A program made the position numbers and the translations under genes. Below are positions 32,110-40,670 of a DNA stretch of 40,670 bases, in pieces. How positions within the stretch are numbered: the stretch's first letter is position 1; each line of letters opens with the position of its first letter. The notes below the pieces were generated by a model. It saw only the letters and a list, made by a program, of their open reading frames with translations. It had not been told where the DNA came from and did not search any database. This stretch comes from a virus, in the IMG/VR virus record IMGVR_UViG_3300030521_000004, positions 1 through 40,670 of that record; one strand, given 5' to 3'.

Positions 32110-33680
32110 TATATCCCCGCCGTTCCACTGATCTGTCCGCGCGTCGGCTGCAGCGGACGGCCGAGCCCAGTATTCGGCACGGTCACGTTGTCATAGACCG
32201 GATTTCCCGTTGAATTGGTGATGTTCCACACCACCGGCAGAGACGAGCCGCCGCCGAACATGTAATCGACGTTAATCGTATCGGTCGCGATGAAGCTCGC
32301 AGCGGCGAGGGTCAGCACGATGTTGTTCCCGCTGAAGGCCGTCGAGCTGATCGTCTTCGCCGTGACACCATTGAACGCGCGGAACCCGGTCAAACCTGTA
32401 CCTGCTGCCGATCCGCTGTGATCAAGTAGCGCGGTTCCAGCATCCTGGGTGATCGGTAGCGTGATGGTCTGTGTCAGCGCTGACGCCGTGAGCGTGCCGG
32501 CGAATAGCGGGCCTGCAACTCCGGTTGCCGTCAGGCCCATCCGGAAGAGAGAACCAGCAGCATCACGATAGCCGAGAATGCGATATTGCGCGGTATCCAG
32601 ATGCGGGTCAGCAGCGGAATCATACTGATCGCGCTGGCTCATCAGGTCCAGATAGGTCGCCGCACTCACGTCACCCAAGACGATGCTGCCGAAACGTACA
32701 CCGTCATACCACGCGAGAATCGCTTGACTGATCGCGTCGCCATGCGCATCCGTCGCCGATAGATCACGACTCAGAAGCCCGAGAATGAAGATGATATGTG
32801 CGCGACCCGATAGAGTCAGACACTGATTGAACAAGTTTGTGATGCCGGTCATGTAGGTAGCCTTCGCCAGCCCATTGACCGCGTCAGTCTCACCTTGCTG
32901 CCACTTGACGATCTCGAAACCATAGCCGAGCGCCACTGCACGTCCGATCTGGGTCAGCAGATTGTCCCAACTCGTATGCGTACCGCCATTGGCCAGCGTC
33001 TGCCATGTCGCGATGGTGGTCGCACCAATCGCCATCTCCAGGATGAACACCGGCACGCGCGTTGTAGCGACCATGGTGTTGCCGAACGCCGTACAGCCGT
33101 CGCCTGCAAACCCGTCGATGCCGTTGGTCGCGGTAGGTTCATCGGGCTGGGACAGCGTGTCGTTCTTGTACCAGCCGATATATTGGCCGCCTGAGTAGCG
33201 GAATACGCCCGCCGATGCGACCATAGGTGTGACAGTGAACTGGCCGAACGGCTTCTCGGCGTTGGACTGACCGATCCACAGGACACCGATGCCGACCGCG
33301 ATGATCGTATAGGACGTGGTGATGACGGAGGGATTGGCAGAATCCCGAACCTGAATGCTATAGAGATACGAGCCGTCTAGATTCCCTTGTGGTACTGAAG
33401 TAGTCCCAGTAAAGGCGTTATTCGCCGGCGCTGCATCCAGAGTTGCCCAGTCAACTACTGTCCCCCCAGATACTTGATCTATTGTCCGTACTTCAACCGT
33501 TGCCGGGGCCGAACCTTTATAAAAGCCCGGTACAGCCAACGTGTAGCTCGTGCCGACACGCTGGAAGCATTTCACGGCAGTGATGCCCGGCTTCACGATT
33601 ATCTTGCCGGTATTCCAATTTGACTCATCGATCATCAATGCGGAACGGAGATTCCCGCCGAGGAATGGAGCTATGGTCAT
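32109..33680 (-). CDS. tail-associated carbohydrate esterase (SASA/SGNH-like), 523 aa
   Basis: Motifs WIGQSNAEKPF and VKWQQGETDAVNG resemble the GQSN and W-QGE-D blocks of sialate-O-acetylesterase-type enzymes. Confidence 0.55.
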   Translation of the reverse strand: MTIAPFLGGNLRSALMIDESNWNTGKIIVKPGITAVKCFQRVGTSYTLAVPGFYKGSAPATVEVRTIDQVSGGTVVDWATLDAAPANNAFTGTTSVPQGNLDGSYLYSIQVRDSANPSVITTSYTIIAVGIGVLWIGQSNAEKPFGQFTVTPMVASAGVFRYSGGQYIGWYKNDTLSQPDEPTATNGIDGFAGDGCTAFGNTMVATTRVPVFILEMAIGATTIATWQTLANGGTHTSWDNLLTQIGRAVALGYGFEIVKWQQGETDAVNGLAKATYMTGITNLFNQCLTLSGRAHIIFILGLLSRDLSATDAHGDAISQAILAWYDGVRFGSIVLGDVSAATYLDLMSQRDQYDSAADPHLDTAQYRILGYRDAAGSLFRMGLTATGVAGPLFAGTLTASALTQTITLPITQDAGTALLDHSGSAAGTGLTGFRAFNGVTAKTISSTAFSGNNIVLTLAAASFIATDTINVDYMFGGGSSLPVVWNITNSTGNPVYDNVTVPNTGLGRPLQPTRGQISGTAGI

Positions 33681-34594
33681 GCTGACGCCTCCATGGCGGC
33701 TTGAAGAGCGGTCAGATTGCTGCCGGAGATCGCGACGTTGTAAAAGACCGAAGTGGTTTCGCGCATCGGCGCGAAGTTCTGGCTATTCACGCCGCCGACA
33801 TAGACAGCCGCAGATACGCCAAGCGTCGGAGAGGGCAGAGAAGTAAACGAAGTCGTGGTCCCAGCCACGCCATTGACGTACCGCTTCACCGTGCCACCCG
33901 GGTAATCGGTCACGTTCATAAGGATGTTCGGGTTCGTATCCCACGAAGTGGGGGCCGATGCGGCAAATGGATTGCCGTCACCGCGATTGGTGCTGGCTGA
34001 AAAATTCGGCGTGGTGAGAAACGAGATAGCGGTACGGGCCGCGTTCCCGCTGGCCGTCTGTGAAATCGCCATTGCCTGCGCGGTAGCACTTGGCGTAGCC
34101 GTTGGCTGGACAGCACAGGCCATCGTGATGCCAAGCGCGGTATTGTTGATGCCGCGCATCGTGGCATTCGTCCAGGCAGTCCGTTGCGTTGTGCCGTTAT
34201 AAACAGCAACCGGATAAACTGAGACCGAGCAATCCAGCGTCGGCGATGTACCGGCCACACCGATTGTTCCTGTATCGCTGTCTAGCCCAGCGCCAGACTG
34301 ATCATATCTCTTGATCCTGTAGACCTGCGAGGCACCCGCCGCCTGACCCCAAGCCGCGAGAGTCAGAGATGTCGTGTTGGGCAGACAATCAAGCGTCGCA
34401 TTGTCGGACGACCGCTGAGCGCGGTAGGCAAACCCGGCGTAGGTCGCCGACGAGATAAGCTGCTGCTGACTGAACAGAGCAAACGCCGGCACCAGCGCCT
34501 GCATAGCATCGAAAGCGCCAGGGATAACGGCAGGCCCGCCCGCGTTCGCTCTGGCAGGCCCCATCAGCCTCGATACTGAGACCAGCGCACTCAT
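33677..34594 (-). CDS. virion structural protein, 305 aa (lectin/LamG-like composition)
   Basis: Track ORF; ATGA overlap downstream. Confidence 0.55.
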   Translation of the reverse strand: MSALVSVSRLMGPARANAGGPAVIPGAFDAMQALVPAFALFSQQQLISSATYAGFAYRAQRSSDNATLDCLPNTTSLTLAAWGQAAGASQVYRIKRYDQSGAGLDSDTGTIGVAGTSPTLDCSVSVYPVAVYNGTTQRTAWTNATMRGINNTALGITMACAVQPTATPSATAQAMAISQTASGNAARTAISFLTTPNFSASTNRGDGNPFAASAPTSWDTNPNILMNVTDYPGGTVKRYVNGVAGTTTSFTSLPSPTLGVSAAVYVGGVNSQNFAPMRETTSVFYNVAISGSNLTALQAAMEASA

Positions 34595-34887
34595 CAGGTT
34601 TGCGCGACGACCGAGATATTTTCGCCGTTATTCAGCCATATGAAATAGCCGAACGCACCCGCCGGCAGACGCTGCCCGGTCGTGGTCGTCGCAACTGCCG
34701 TCACGCCGTAAGTAATGCTCATGATCGCATCGCACGAAATCTCAGCGAGACACGATTGCGTCACAGCCGGCGCTTCGGCATGGCTCGCGCTGATCGTCAG
34801 TGGGGTCGCGTCGCTGAGCTTTCCTTGCGGCGCCTGAACCTGATTCGGCCCGACGTTGCGGTGGTAGGAGATAAATGCGGTCGCCAT
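34594..34887 (-). CDS. hypothetical virion protein, 97 aa
   Basis: Track ORF; AAGGTGA RBS. Confidence 0.55.
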   Translation of the reverse strand: MATAFISYHRNVGPNQVQAPQGKLSDATPLTISASHAEAPAVTQSCLAEISCDAIMSITYGVTAVATTTTGQRLPAGAFGYFIWLNNGENISVVAQT

Positions 34888-34943
34888 CTACTTCACCTTG
34901 CGCTTTGCGCGCTCCTCTATGGTTCCGGTCCTGCGGCGGGCCA

Positions 34944-35465
34944 TTAGCCCCTCCGCCAATACAGCGCCACGATCGGCACCACGACGCCGAGATTGAACGC
35001 GCCGTTAATTGACAAGGCTATCAAGGTCGGGTTCTCCAGGGTCTTCCACGCTAGGGCCCCGGCTATCATCACCGCGATCAGCAGCATCAGGCGCACGGCG
35101 AGCACGAGGCTTATCGTTAGACTCACGCCCAACAGCAGGCGGAATGCTCGCCCTAAGTCCTGCAAGCTCTGCGCCTCCGTTATCGTCGTCGGCGTGGGGT
35201 GGGGTCCTTGTAGTTCTGCGAGATGGCCCGACAAGCCTTGTCGCCGAAATTTCTCCGCTGCCGCTATCCCCGGGTATGGTTGTGACGCCCTCTCCTCGCT
35301 CGGGCTCAACGGCCTTTCGCGGCCAGGCAACGACTGGACCGCCATCGGTGACGGCTCGCGGTGTTCCATTATCTCGCCCTGGTCGAGCCCCAGAGTTTCC
35401 ATCGATTCCGGTGGGAGAGCTTCCTCCCTCAGTACCCGGATTGGTGAGCCTGTCTTTGAAACCAT
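34944..35465 (-). CDS. membrane protein with two C-terminal TM helices, 173 aa (frame B)
   Basis: ATG 35465 preceded by GAGGGGGAAGGA. GC-rich third positions counted in this frame at 35281-35340 (17 of 20). Confidence 0.6.
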   Translation of the reverse strand: MVSKTGSPIRVLREEALPPESMETLGLDQGEIMEHREPSPMAVQSLPGRERPLSPSEERASQPYPGIAAAEKFRRQGLSGHLAELQGPHPTPTTITEAQSLQDLGRAFRLLLGVSLTISLVLAVRLMLLIAVMIAGALAWKTLENPTLIALSINGAFNLGVVVPIVALYWRRG

Positions 35466-35685
35466 CGATTCCTTCCCCCTCTTTTTCGCCTGTGTCAGGA
35501 TTGACCTTGTTTTTGATCGCGTACCAGCCGCCGAGCGTCTTGACCACGTCCATGGCCTTGTTCACCGAGACCGGGACGGCTTCCACTATGCTGCCGTCAG
35601 GCGCCGTCATCTTGTCCAGAATGGCCAGCGCCAGCGCGTCGAGCTTGTCTTTCAGCGGGTCGGTTTTTACGGGGCGCACGGTCAT
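35005..35685 (-). CDS. hypothetical protein (frame A); only the first 75 codons or so look coding, the rest overlaps frame B
   Basis: ATGA overlap with the upstream gene. Third positions 20 of 20 G/C at 35521-35580. No stop in this frame until 35005. Confidence 0.5.
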   Translation of the reverse strand: MTVRPVKTDPLKDKLDALALAILDKMTAPDGSIVEAVPVSVNKAMDVVKTLGGWYAIKNKVNPDTGEKEGEGIDGFKDRLTNPGTEGGSSPTGIDGNSGARPGRDNGTPRAVTDGGPVVAWPRKAVEPERGEGVTTIPGDSGSGEISATRLVGPSRRTTRTPPHADDDNGGAELAGLRASIPPAVGRESNDKPRARRAPDAADRGDDSRGPSVEDPGEPDLDSLVN

Positions 35686-37436
35686 TGCGCACCGATGTAG
35701 CGCTGGGTCTGAGCCGCCGCCGGGGCCACTGTCTGTCGCAACATGCTGTTGACGCCCTGCGAGAACGGACTGCCCCAGTAGTTACGAATGCCTGGCAAGT
35801 ATGGGATCGTGGCTGCACCAAGCCCTACTGCGGTGCCAGGGCTCACCATATGAGCGCCGCCTAGCAAGCCTGCACCGATCAGCGCACGGCCAGCCGTCCC
35901 ACTATCCGGGTAATTGTTGCCCTGCACTTGTTTCGCAGCGGCGGCCAGTGGCTGCATAGGCGCCTCACCGCGGGCGAATTGTTTCTTCGATGTCGCCATG
36001 CCCTTAACCGCGTTCAAGAGCTGAGCGCCTGTAAAAACGCCATCCTTAGCGCCGAGCTTCGACGTGGCATCCTGTATGCGCAACAACAGGGCATAGGCTT
36101 GATTGATCGGCTGCAATTGGGCCTGGAATTGCGGATTCGACCGCTCAAGAGCTGAGCGCACGGCCATAAGAGCCTGTCGCACCGATGCGCCCAGTTCTCG
36201 CTGGTTCCACGACGGATCGCTTGCTAGCCCGCGCGCCTGCCGACCTATCTCGCTTTCCGCGCCCTTAAACGTGTCCCCATCCATAGACATGGTTTGTGGG
36301 TCAAGTTTTCCCGCAACCTCCCTATCCATGATTGCAGCGAAGGCCCGCTGTTGTTCTTGCGGCAGGCCGGAAACGGCCCCCGTAATCCTACCCATATCCG
36401 TCACGAATTGCTGGTCAGGTCGGAATGTCAGTTGTGGCAATAGGTGGTCGTATTGAGCGGAAATTATGTCATCAATCTGCGCGAACCCTTCATTCCCAAC
36501 CGGGAAATTGCGCGGCACCTGAAGATTGAGCGGAGCGAGCGCCGCGTTATACGTCGCTCGGTTCAGATCCTCGACGCCGACGCGCTGGTTATTTTTGATC
36601 ATGTCCCCAAGACCGGGGACCACCGTGGCCTTCTCTTCTGTCGCCTTCCCAGCCCCGCCTAGCATCTGCCCCCAAGTCTGACGGATGCCGAGCTGAGACA
36701 AGAGCCGGTTTGCGGCGGCCCCAGCCGGGGCCAACAATTCAGCGGCGCCTTGGATCACAGGGCCAGTGACGGCGCCAACCTTAGCACCATGCTCGGCTCC
36801 GGCGACTTTCTCACCCGGTGGCGCATAACCAGCGCCACCCACCGCGCCCATGGTGCTACCAGTGAGAACGGACCGCCCCATGCGCCCGAGCTTTGTGGCC
36901 CCACGGCCGATCCAACCGCCGACCGCGTTAAGACCAGGTGTCATGAACGCCGAAACCAGCTCCCCTGCCTTCAGGTTAGGATTCTTCTTCTGCGCCTCGT
37001 CAATGCTGGCGTTCACCGCATTGTCAAGCTGCGAGTAGATATCATACATGGCGCGCGGATCGCCTTGCGCCTTCAGGATCGCTGCCGCGAGTCCAGCCTC
37101 GGCATCGTCCGATGTACCCAGCGAGATGCCGCGCGCCCAGCTTTGCGCGCCGTCCATGAACTCCTGGAAACTCGGAGCATTCGTGCGCAGGCCAGCCGCT
37201 TTGAGCGATGACTTACCCTGCGCAATCATCGCGCCAAGCTCGTCTGGATTCGATCCCGCCGCCCCGGTGCCGGAGGGGACCGGAGGGGCGGCGGGGGTAG
37301 ACCCCGGGGCGTTCGCCGGGGAACGCGTCAGCATGGCGCCGCCAGGAAGCTTCGGCGCTGGGGAAGCTGACGGCGATTTTGTGAGCGTCGCGCCGGTTGG
37401 CAGCTTGATGCCGGTAGAAATGGATGCATCGGTCAT
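35682..37436 (-). CDS. internal virion / ejection protein candidate, 584 aa
   Basis: Track ORF; ATGA overlaps on both sides; Ala/Gly-rich; position in the run of large late genes. Confidence 0.6.
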   Translation of the reverse strand: MTDASISTGIKLPTGATLTKSPSASPAPKLPGGAMLTRSPANAPGSTPAAPPVPSGTGAAGSNPDELGAMIAQGKSSLKAAGLRTNAPSFQEFMDGAQSWARGISLGTSDDAEAGLAAAILKAQGDPRAMYDIYSQLDNAVNASIDEAQKKNPNLKAGELVSAFMTPGLNAVGGWIGRGATKLGRMGRSVLTGSTMGAVGGAGYAPPGEKVAGAEHGAKVGAVTGPVIQGAAELLAPAGAAANRLLSQLGIRQTWGQMLGGAGKATEEKATVVPGLGDMIKNNQRVGVEDLNRATYNAALAPLNLQVPRNFPVGNEGFAQIDDIISAQYDHLLPQLTFRPDQQFVTDMGRITGAVSGLPQEQQRAFAAIMDREVAGKLDPQTMSMDGDTFKGAESEIGRQARGLASDPSWNQRELGASVRQALMAVRSALERSNPQFQAQLQPINQAYALLLRIQDATSKLGAKDGVFTGAQLLNAVKGMATSKKQFARGEAPMQPLAAAAKQVQGNNYPDSGTAGRALIGAGLLGGAHMVSPGTAVGLGAATIPYLPGIRNYWGSPFSQGVNSMLRQTVAPAAAQTQRYIGAQ

Positions 37437-39082
37437 TGTGCCGGGCTCCCGTCGTCATAGAACCACGACTGGCCGTCGTCGCTGTAGATCGGGCGATTGT
37501 CCGGCATCGTCGCGGAATAGGGATGCGAGTCGCCGCCGCCGGTCGCGTCCGGTGCCTGGCCAATATCAGACAAGCGCTGCTGTAGATCACCGATCTGCTC
37601 TTGCGTGGATTGCTGCGCCGTCGTCACATCCTGCTGCATGACTTGGAAGGCTGCAGTGATCTGATCGAGGTTCATTGCGCTGTTGAACAACCCGTCCGCC
37701 TTTTCCATTGCGCCAGATTGGAGTTGGGCATTTGAATTTGCGCCGGACATAATGCGGGCGTATTCGTTTTTTGCGGTAACAATCGCGTTGTCGAACGCCA
37801 CCACAGCGGGGTCTCCGGTAGCCCGGCGGCCTTCCTGGATCCACGCGTCAACGACCGGGATTTTCGTCGGCCCAACGCCCTTGTCCGCGTATTGGAACAC
37901 CCGCTGCGCGTTCTTCAGGAACGTGCGCTGATAGGTATCGACGCGATTCAGGTACGTTGTGAAGTTGGAGAGCGAGCCTGACGCAGCCTTATAATTCGCC
38001 TTGTTGGTCGCGAGATCCGGATTGCCGCCCATCTCCGCCGCCCGGTTCTCAATCGCCATGCGGTTAGCGGCGCCTTGTGGGCCGTACCCTTGCGGCGGCA
38101 TCGTGCCGGTTTTGCGGAAATTCATCGCGAGCATGTCGAGCGTCTTCGGGTCAAGCGTAGTCTGCCCAGTGCCATATCGCTGCGCCGTCAGCGCCTCCAC
38201 CGCCTGATTGTGCCGCTCGCCTTCTGACAGGCGTTCGCGCTCCATAGCCATCTGCTCGTCGTGCTGCTTCGCCTGAATCAGAAGCTGTGTCAGCGTCGAG
38301 GCCGAGGACTGGCGCATCTGCAGCGCGTCATAGAGACCTTCCGGACCCTTCGCGCGCAGGCCAGCGAGCGCGATCTCGTCTCCATTCGAGGCAGCGATTG
38401 CCTGCAACTGCGCGTTTCGCTCCTCGTAGTCGAGCTTGGTGTTTTCCAGCAGCGTATTGTACTGGTCCATCTCGGCTTGGTTCTGCGAGATCGCGGCTTC
38501 TAGGTTATCCTTCCACGACTGGTGCGCGCGCTCGGCCGCGTCCTTGTCGCCGGCCGCATAGCCCTTGATCGCTGCCGATGCCGCATTCATCGCGGTCACC
38601 ATCGGGCGACGCGTGAACAACGAGCCGGCGAGAGCCAGAACCGCGCCCACGTTCTGGAACACGTTCAGCGGATTTTTCATCCGCGTGTCAGGCGCCTGCG
38701 GCATGCCGAGGAGCTGCGGCGCTACCGGACGCGCGATGGGAGACTGAGTGATCGCTTTCCGGAGGCCGATTCCCTGCTCGATATTCTGGATCGCCGGAGC
38801 GTAGGCGCCCTGGACCTGCTTCAATATCCCCGTGGTCGCGTCAGAGACTTCGCCCGGGGTCATCCCGCCGATGCCCTTGTACACGTCCAGAATACCGCCC
38901 CAGCCATCGGTGTTCGTGCTGAGCGGCACGTCGGCCGGAGCCTTGGTCGATTTCACGCCACTGCCACCAGCCGATCCGCCACCGGCAGGCACGCTCGCAT
39001 CCGGCTTATCGCCGGGGCCGGCCGACATGCCGCCTGCGAACTGCTTCAGGATGCTGTCGAGTGAGGCGCTGCCGTCTGCCAC
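37433..39082 (-). CDS. internal virion / ejection protein candidate, 549 aa
   Basis: GTG start directly after the upstream TAA; long helical Q/A-rich regions. Confidence 0.6.
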   Translation of the reverse strand: MADGSASLDSILKQFAGGMSAGPGDKPDASVPAGGGSAGGSGVKSTKAPADVPLSTNTDGWGGILDVYKGIGGMTPGEVSDATTGILKQVQGAYAPAIQNIEQGIGLRKAITQSPIARPVAPQLLGMPQAPDTRMKNPLNVFQNVGAVLALAGSLFTRRPMVTAMNAASAAIKGYAAGDKDAAERAHQSWKDNLEAAISQNQAEMDQYNTLLENTKLDYEERNAQLQAIAASNGDEIALAGLRAKGPEGLYDALQMRQSSASTLTQLLIQAKQHDEQMAMERERLSEGERHNQAVEALTAQRYGTGQTTLDPKTLDMLAMNFRKTGTMPPQGYGPQGAANRMAIENRAAEMGGNPDLATNKANYKAASGSLSNFTTYLNRVDTYQRTFLKNAQRVFQYADKGVGPTKIPVVDAWIQEGRRATGDPAVVAFDNAIVTAKNEYARIMSGANSNAQLQSGAMEKADGLFNSAMNLDQITAAFQVMQQDVTTAQQSTQEQIGDLQQRLSDIGQAPDATGGGDSHPYSATMPDNRPIYSDDGQSWFYDDGSPAQ

Positions 39083-39982
39083 TTAGTGCGCCCCCTGGCC
39101 CTGTGCGCCGAGCCCGTAGCCGATCGACTGCATCAGATTGGAGATCGCGTCCGAGAGCTGCGAATCCTGCTGTTGCTGGTAGCCGAGGATCGCTCCGTAG
39201 AGGCTGTTCGACATGCCCAGCTCCTGCAGGCCCTCCTGCGCCGAAGCCGACACCGCGCGCTCCTTGGCCGCGGCAATGTCCTGCGCTTCCATCGTGGAGC
39301 CGCCGAGGCCCATGTTCGCGTACTGCGCCTTGATCGTGGTGACGGCGTCGTTATAGGCAACCTGCGCGCTTGGCGAGAGATTGCCGCTGAGGCCGGCTGA
39401 GCCCAGACCGCCGAGCTGCTTTGCCTGCGCGTTCAGCGCCTTCTCGGCCGCAGGGTCGGCGTTACCTGTCCCCAGCATTTGTGCCCCGAGCCCGACGCCC
39501 CCCGCGACCAGCGCCGGGTTGTTTTTGAAGAAGTCTGCGATTCCACCGAAGCCACCCGCGGCACCAGCGCCCGCACCTGCGGCGGCGCCTGCTCCGGTAG
39601 TGACACCTGGAGCCGCTGCGGCACCGATCGAGGGAATCGACGCCTCAGCGGCCGAGCCGGTGCCCATGTTCTTCAGCAGATCGTCTATCGAGGACGAGCC
39701 GCTGAGGCCGGAACCCGCAACGGCGCCAGGCTCCGGCATCACACCGGTCAGCTCCGCGAGAGAAGGCCCGGCAAAGTAGCCGCCGGCACCGCCGAGCCCG
39801 GCCTCTAGCAGCGAGCCCTTGGTCCCGGCACCGCCGAACTCACCGCCCGCGAACCCACCGAGCGCACCGCCCAAGGCCCCGCCGATGGCAGGCGAGAAGC
39901 CGAGCGCACCCCCGCCGATCGAGCCGAGCGCTGCCCCGGCTACCGGGGCGGCGTATTGAGCTAGCTTCTTCCACCAAGACAT
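39083..39982 (-). CDS. Gly/Ala-rich membrane-associated internal protein candidate, 299 aa
   Basis: Track ORF; N-terminus MSWWKKLAQYAAPVAGAALG and GGALGG-type repeats. Confidence 0.6.
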   Translation of the reverse strand: MSWWKKLAQYAAPVAGAALGSIGGGALGFSPAIGGALGGALGGFAGGEFGGAGTKGSLLEAGLGGAGGYFAGPSLAELTGVMPEPGAVAGSGLSGSSSIDDLLKNMGTGSAAEASIPSIGAAAAPGVTTGAGAAAGAGAGAAGGFGGIADFFKNNPALVAGGVGLGAQMLGTGNADPAAEKALNAQAKQLGGLGSAGLSGNLSPSAQVAYNDAVTTIKAQYANMGLGGSTMEAQDIAAAKERAVSASAQEGLQELGMSNSLYGAILGYQQQQDSQLSDAISNLMQSIGYGLGAQGQGAH

Positions 39983-39996
39983 CTATGTGTGTCCCA

Positions 39997-40670
39997 TCAT
40001 AGGGTCTGCCACGGCCATGCGATCGTGTTGCCGCCGCTTATGATCGTGCCACCGCCCTGCGATTTCTGCCCCGAGGCGTTCACGCCCGGGCCGCTCGCGG
40101 TGGCAGCCGCCGGCGGTGCCTGTAGCGGCGTAGAGCCGGTGGTGGCCGTTGCGGTCGGCGTAGCGCTGACGAGCGGCGCAGCGCCTGGACCGCCAGTGCC
40201 GGAAGCATTGTGCGGCACCTCTCCACCGCCAGCAGGCGCGCCGGGCGCGCCGCCAGCACCCGGGAGCGGCGTCGAGCCCGGCCCCCCGAGCACCACGTCC
40301 GGACCGCCGAGCGCGTGGTAGCCCTGCCCCATGAGCGCGCCAATGCCAGGGATACCAGCCGCCATCCCAGCGACACCGCCCACGGCTGCGGCCGGGTTGA
40401 CACCATAGTGGTAGTCGCCGCCGACGTAGGATGAGGGCTGAGTCGGGCTTGGCGCCACTGAGCCGAAACCCAATGGCGTAACCATGTCGCGCAGCCGGTC
40501 CATGAATGAGCGGTTGCGGTAGGCGTCCAGCGCGTTTGAGAACGTGGCGGAAGGCGCGGTCGTCCCGGCTTCCGGCCCCGCGGTGAAGGTGTCGGTCGGT
40601 CCGAACTGCGCGCCCGTGTCGTTCGCCGTAGCGGTGACGTTCTGTCGGCCAAAGGATGGGTCGCCGGGAT
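39997..40670 (-). CDS. 3' (C-terminal) portion of the junction-spanning gene (333 aa on the circle: 455->1 joined to 40543->39997)
   Basis: Track ORF 39997..40503 has no upstream stop to the window end. The frame is continuous with 1..455 through the overlap. Confidence 0.65.
   Translation of the reverse strand, partial: PGDPSFGRQNVTATANDTGAQFGPTDTFTAGPEAGTTAPSATFSNALDAYRNRSFMDRLRDMVTPLGFGSVAPSPTQPSSYVGGDYHYGVNPAAAVGGVAGMAAGIPGIGALMGQGYHALGGPDVVLGGPGSTPLPGAGGAPGAPAGGGEVPHNASGTGGPGAAPLVSATPTATATTGSTPLQAPPAAATASGPGVNASGQKSQGGGTIISGGNTIAWPWQTL
40544..40670. repeat. Right copy of exact 127-bp end overlap (identical to 1-127)
   Basis: Base-by-base comparison of the two window ends. Confidence 0.95.

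Noticed and set aside
1-40670. Integrase/attP, CI-type repressor, DNA polymerase, partition genes
   Set aside because: I looked through all ORFs of 60 aa or more on both strands and recognised none. Lifestyle (virulent, or non-integrating temperate) therefore cannot be called from this sequence.

Overview
The window is one complete, GC-rich tailed-phage genome with a podovirus-like gene set, delivered as a linearised circle. Bases 1-127 recur exactly at 40544-40670, so the unique length is 40,543 bp and one gene is split across the window ends. Layout: (i) two back-to-back promoters sharing a single TATATA box at about 20.83 kb. (ii) A leftward early operon 20797->15229: Arc-like RHH, a J-domain gene broken by an in-frame TAA, small ORFs, a LuxR/sigma-region-4-type HTH, a RecT-like annealase, a VRR-NUC nuclease and a RepA/AAA_25-like helicase. 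(iii) An AT-richer non-coding region at 14.8-15.25 kb packed with helically phased GGACA repeats, GTTAAC sites and a TATATATA-centred palindrome. (iv) A leftward late block of about 26.5 kb running 14760->1 and continuing 40543->28783: HTH protein, TerL, two zinc-ribbon proteins, portal, scaffold, HNH endonuclease, major capsid, adaptor/nozzle-like proteins, fibre, Gly-rich internal proteins, SASA/SGNH-type esterase and a beta-helix tailspike. (v) A rightward early operon 20884->26689 of about 20 small genes, mostly coupled by ATGA overlaps. (vi) A separate leftward seven-gene membrane/lipoprotein cassette 28315->26686, plus a lone rightward gene at 28502-28786. I found no tRNA, rRNA, CRISPR array, integrase, DNA polymerase, reverse transcriptase or recognisable endolysin. 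All functional calls come from reading motifs in translated ORFs by eye; none has been checked against a database.
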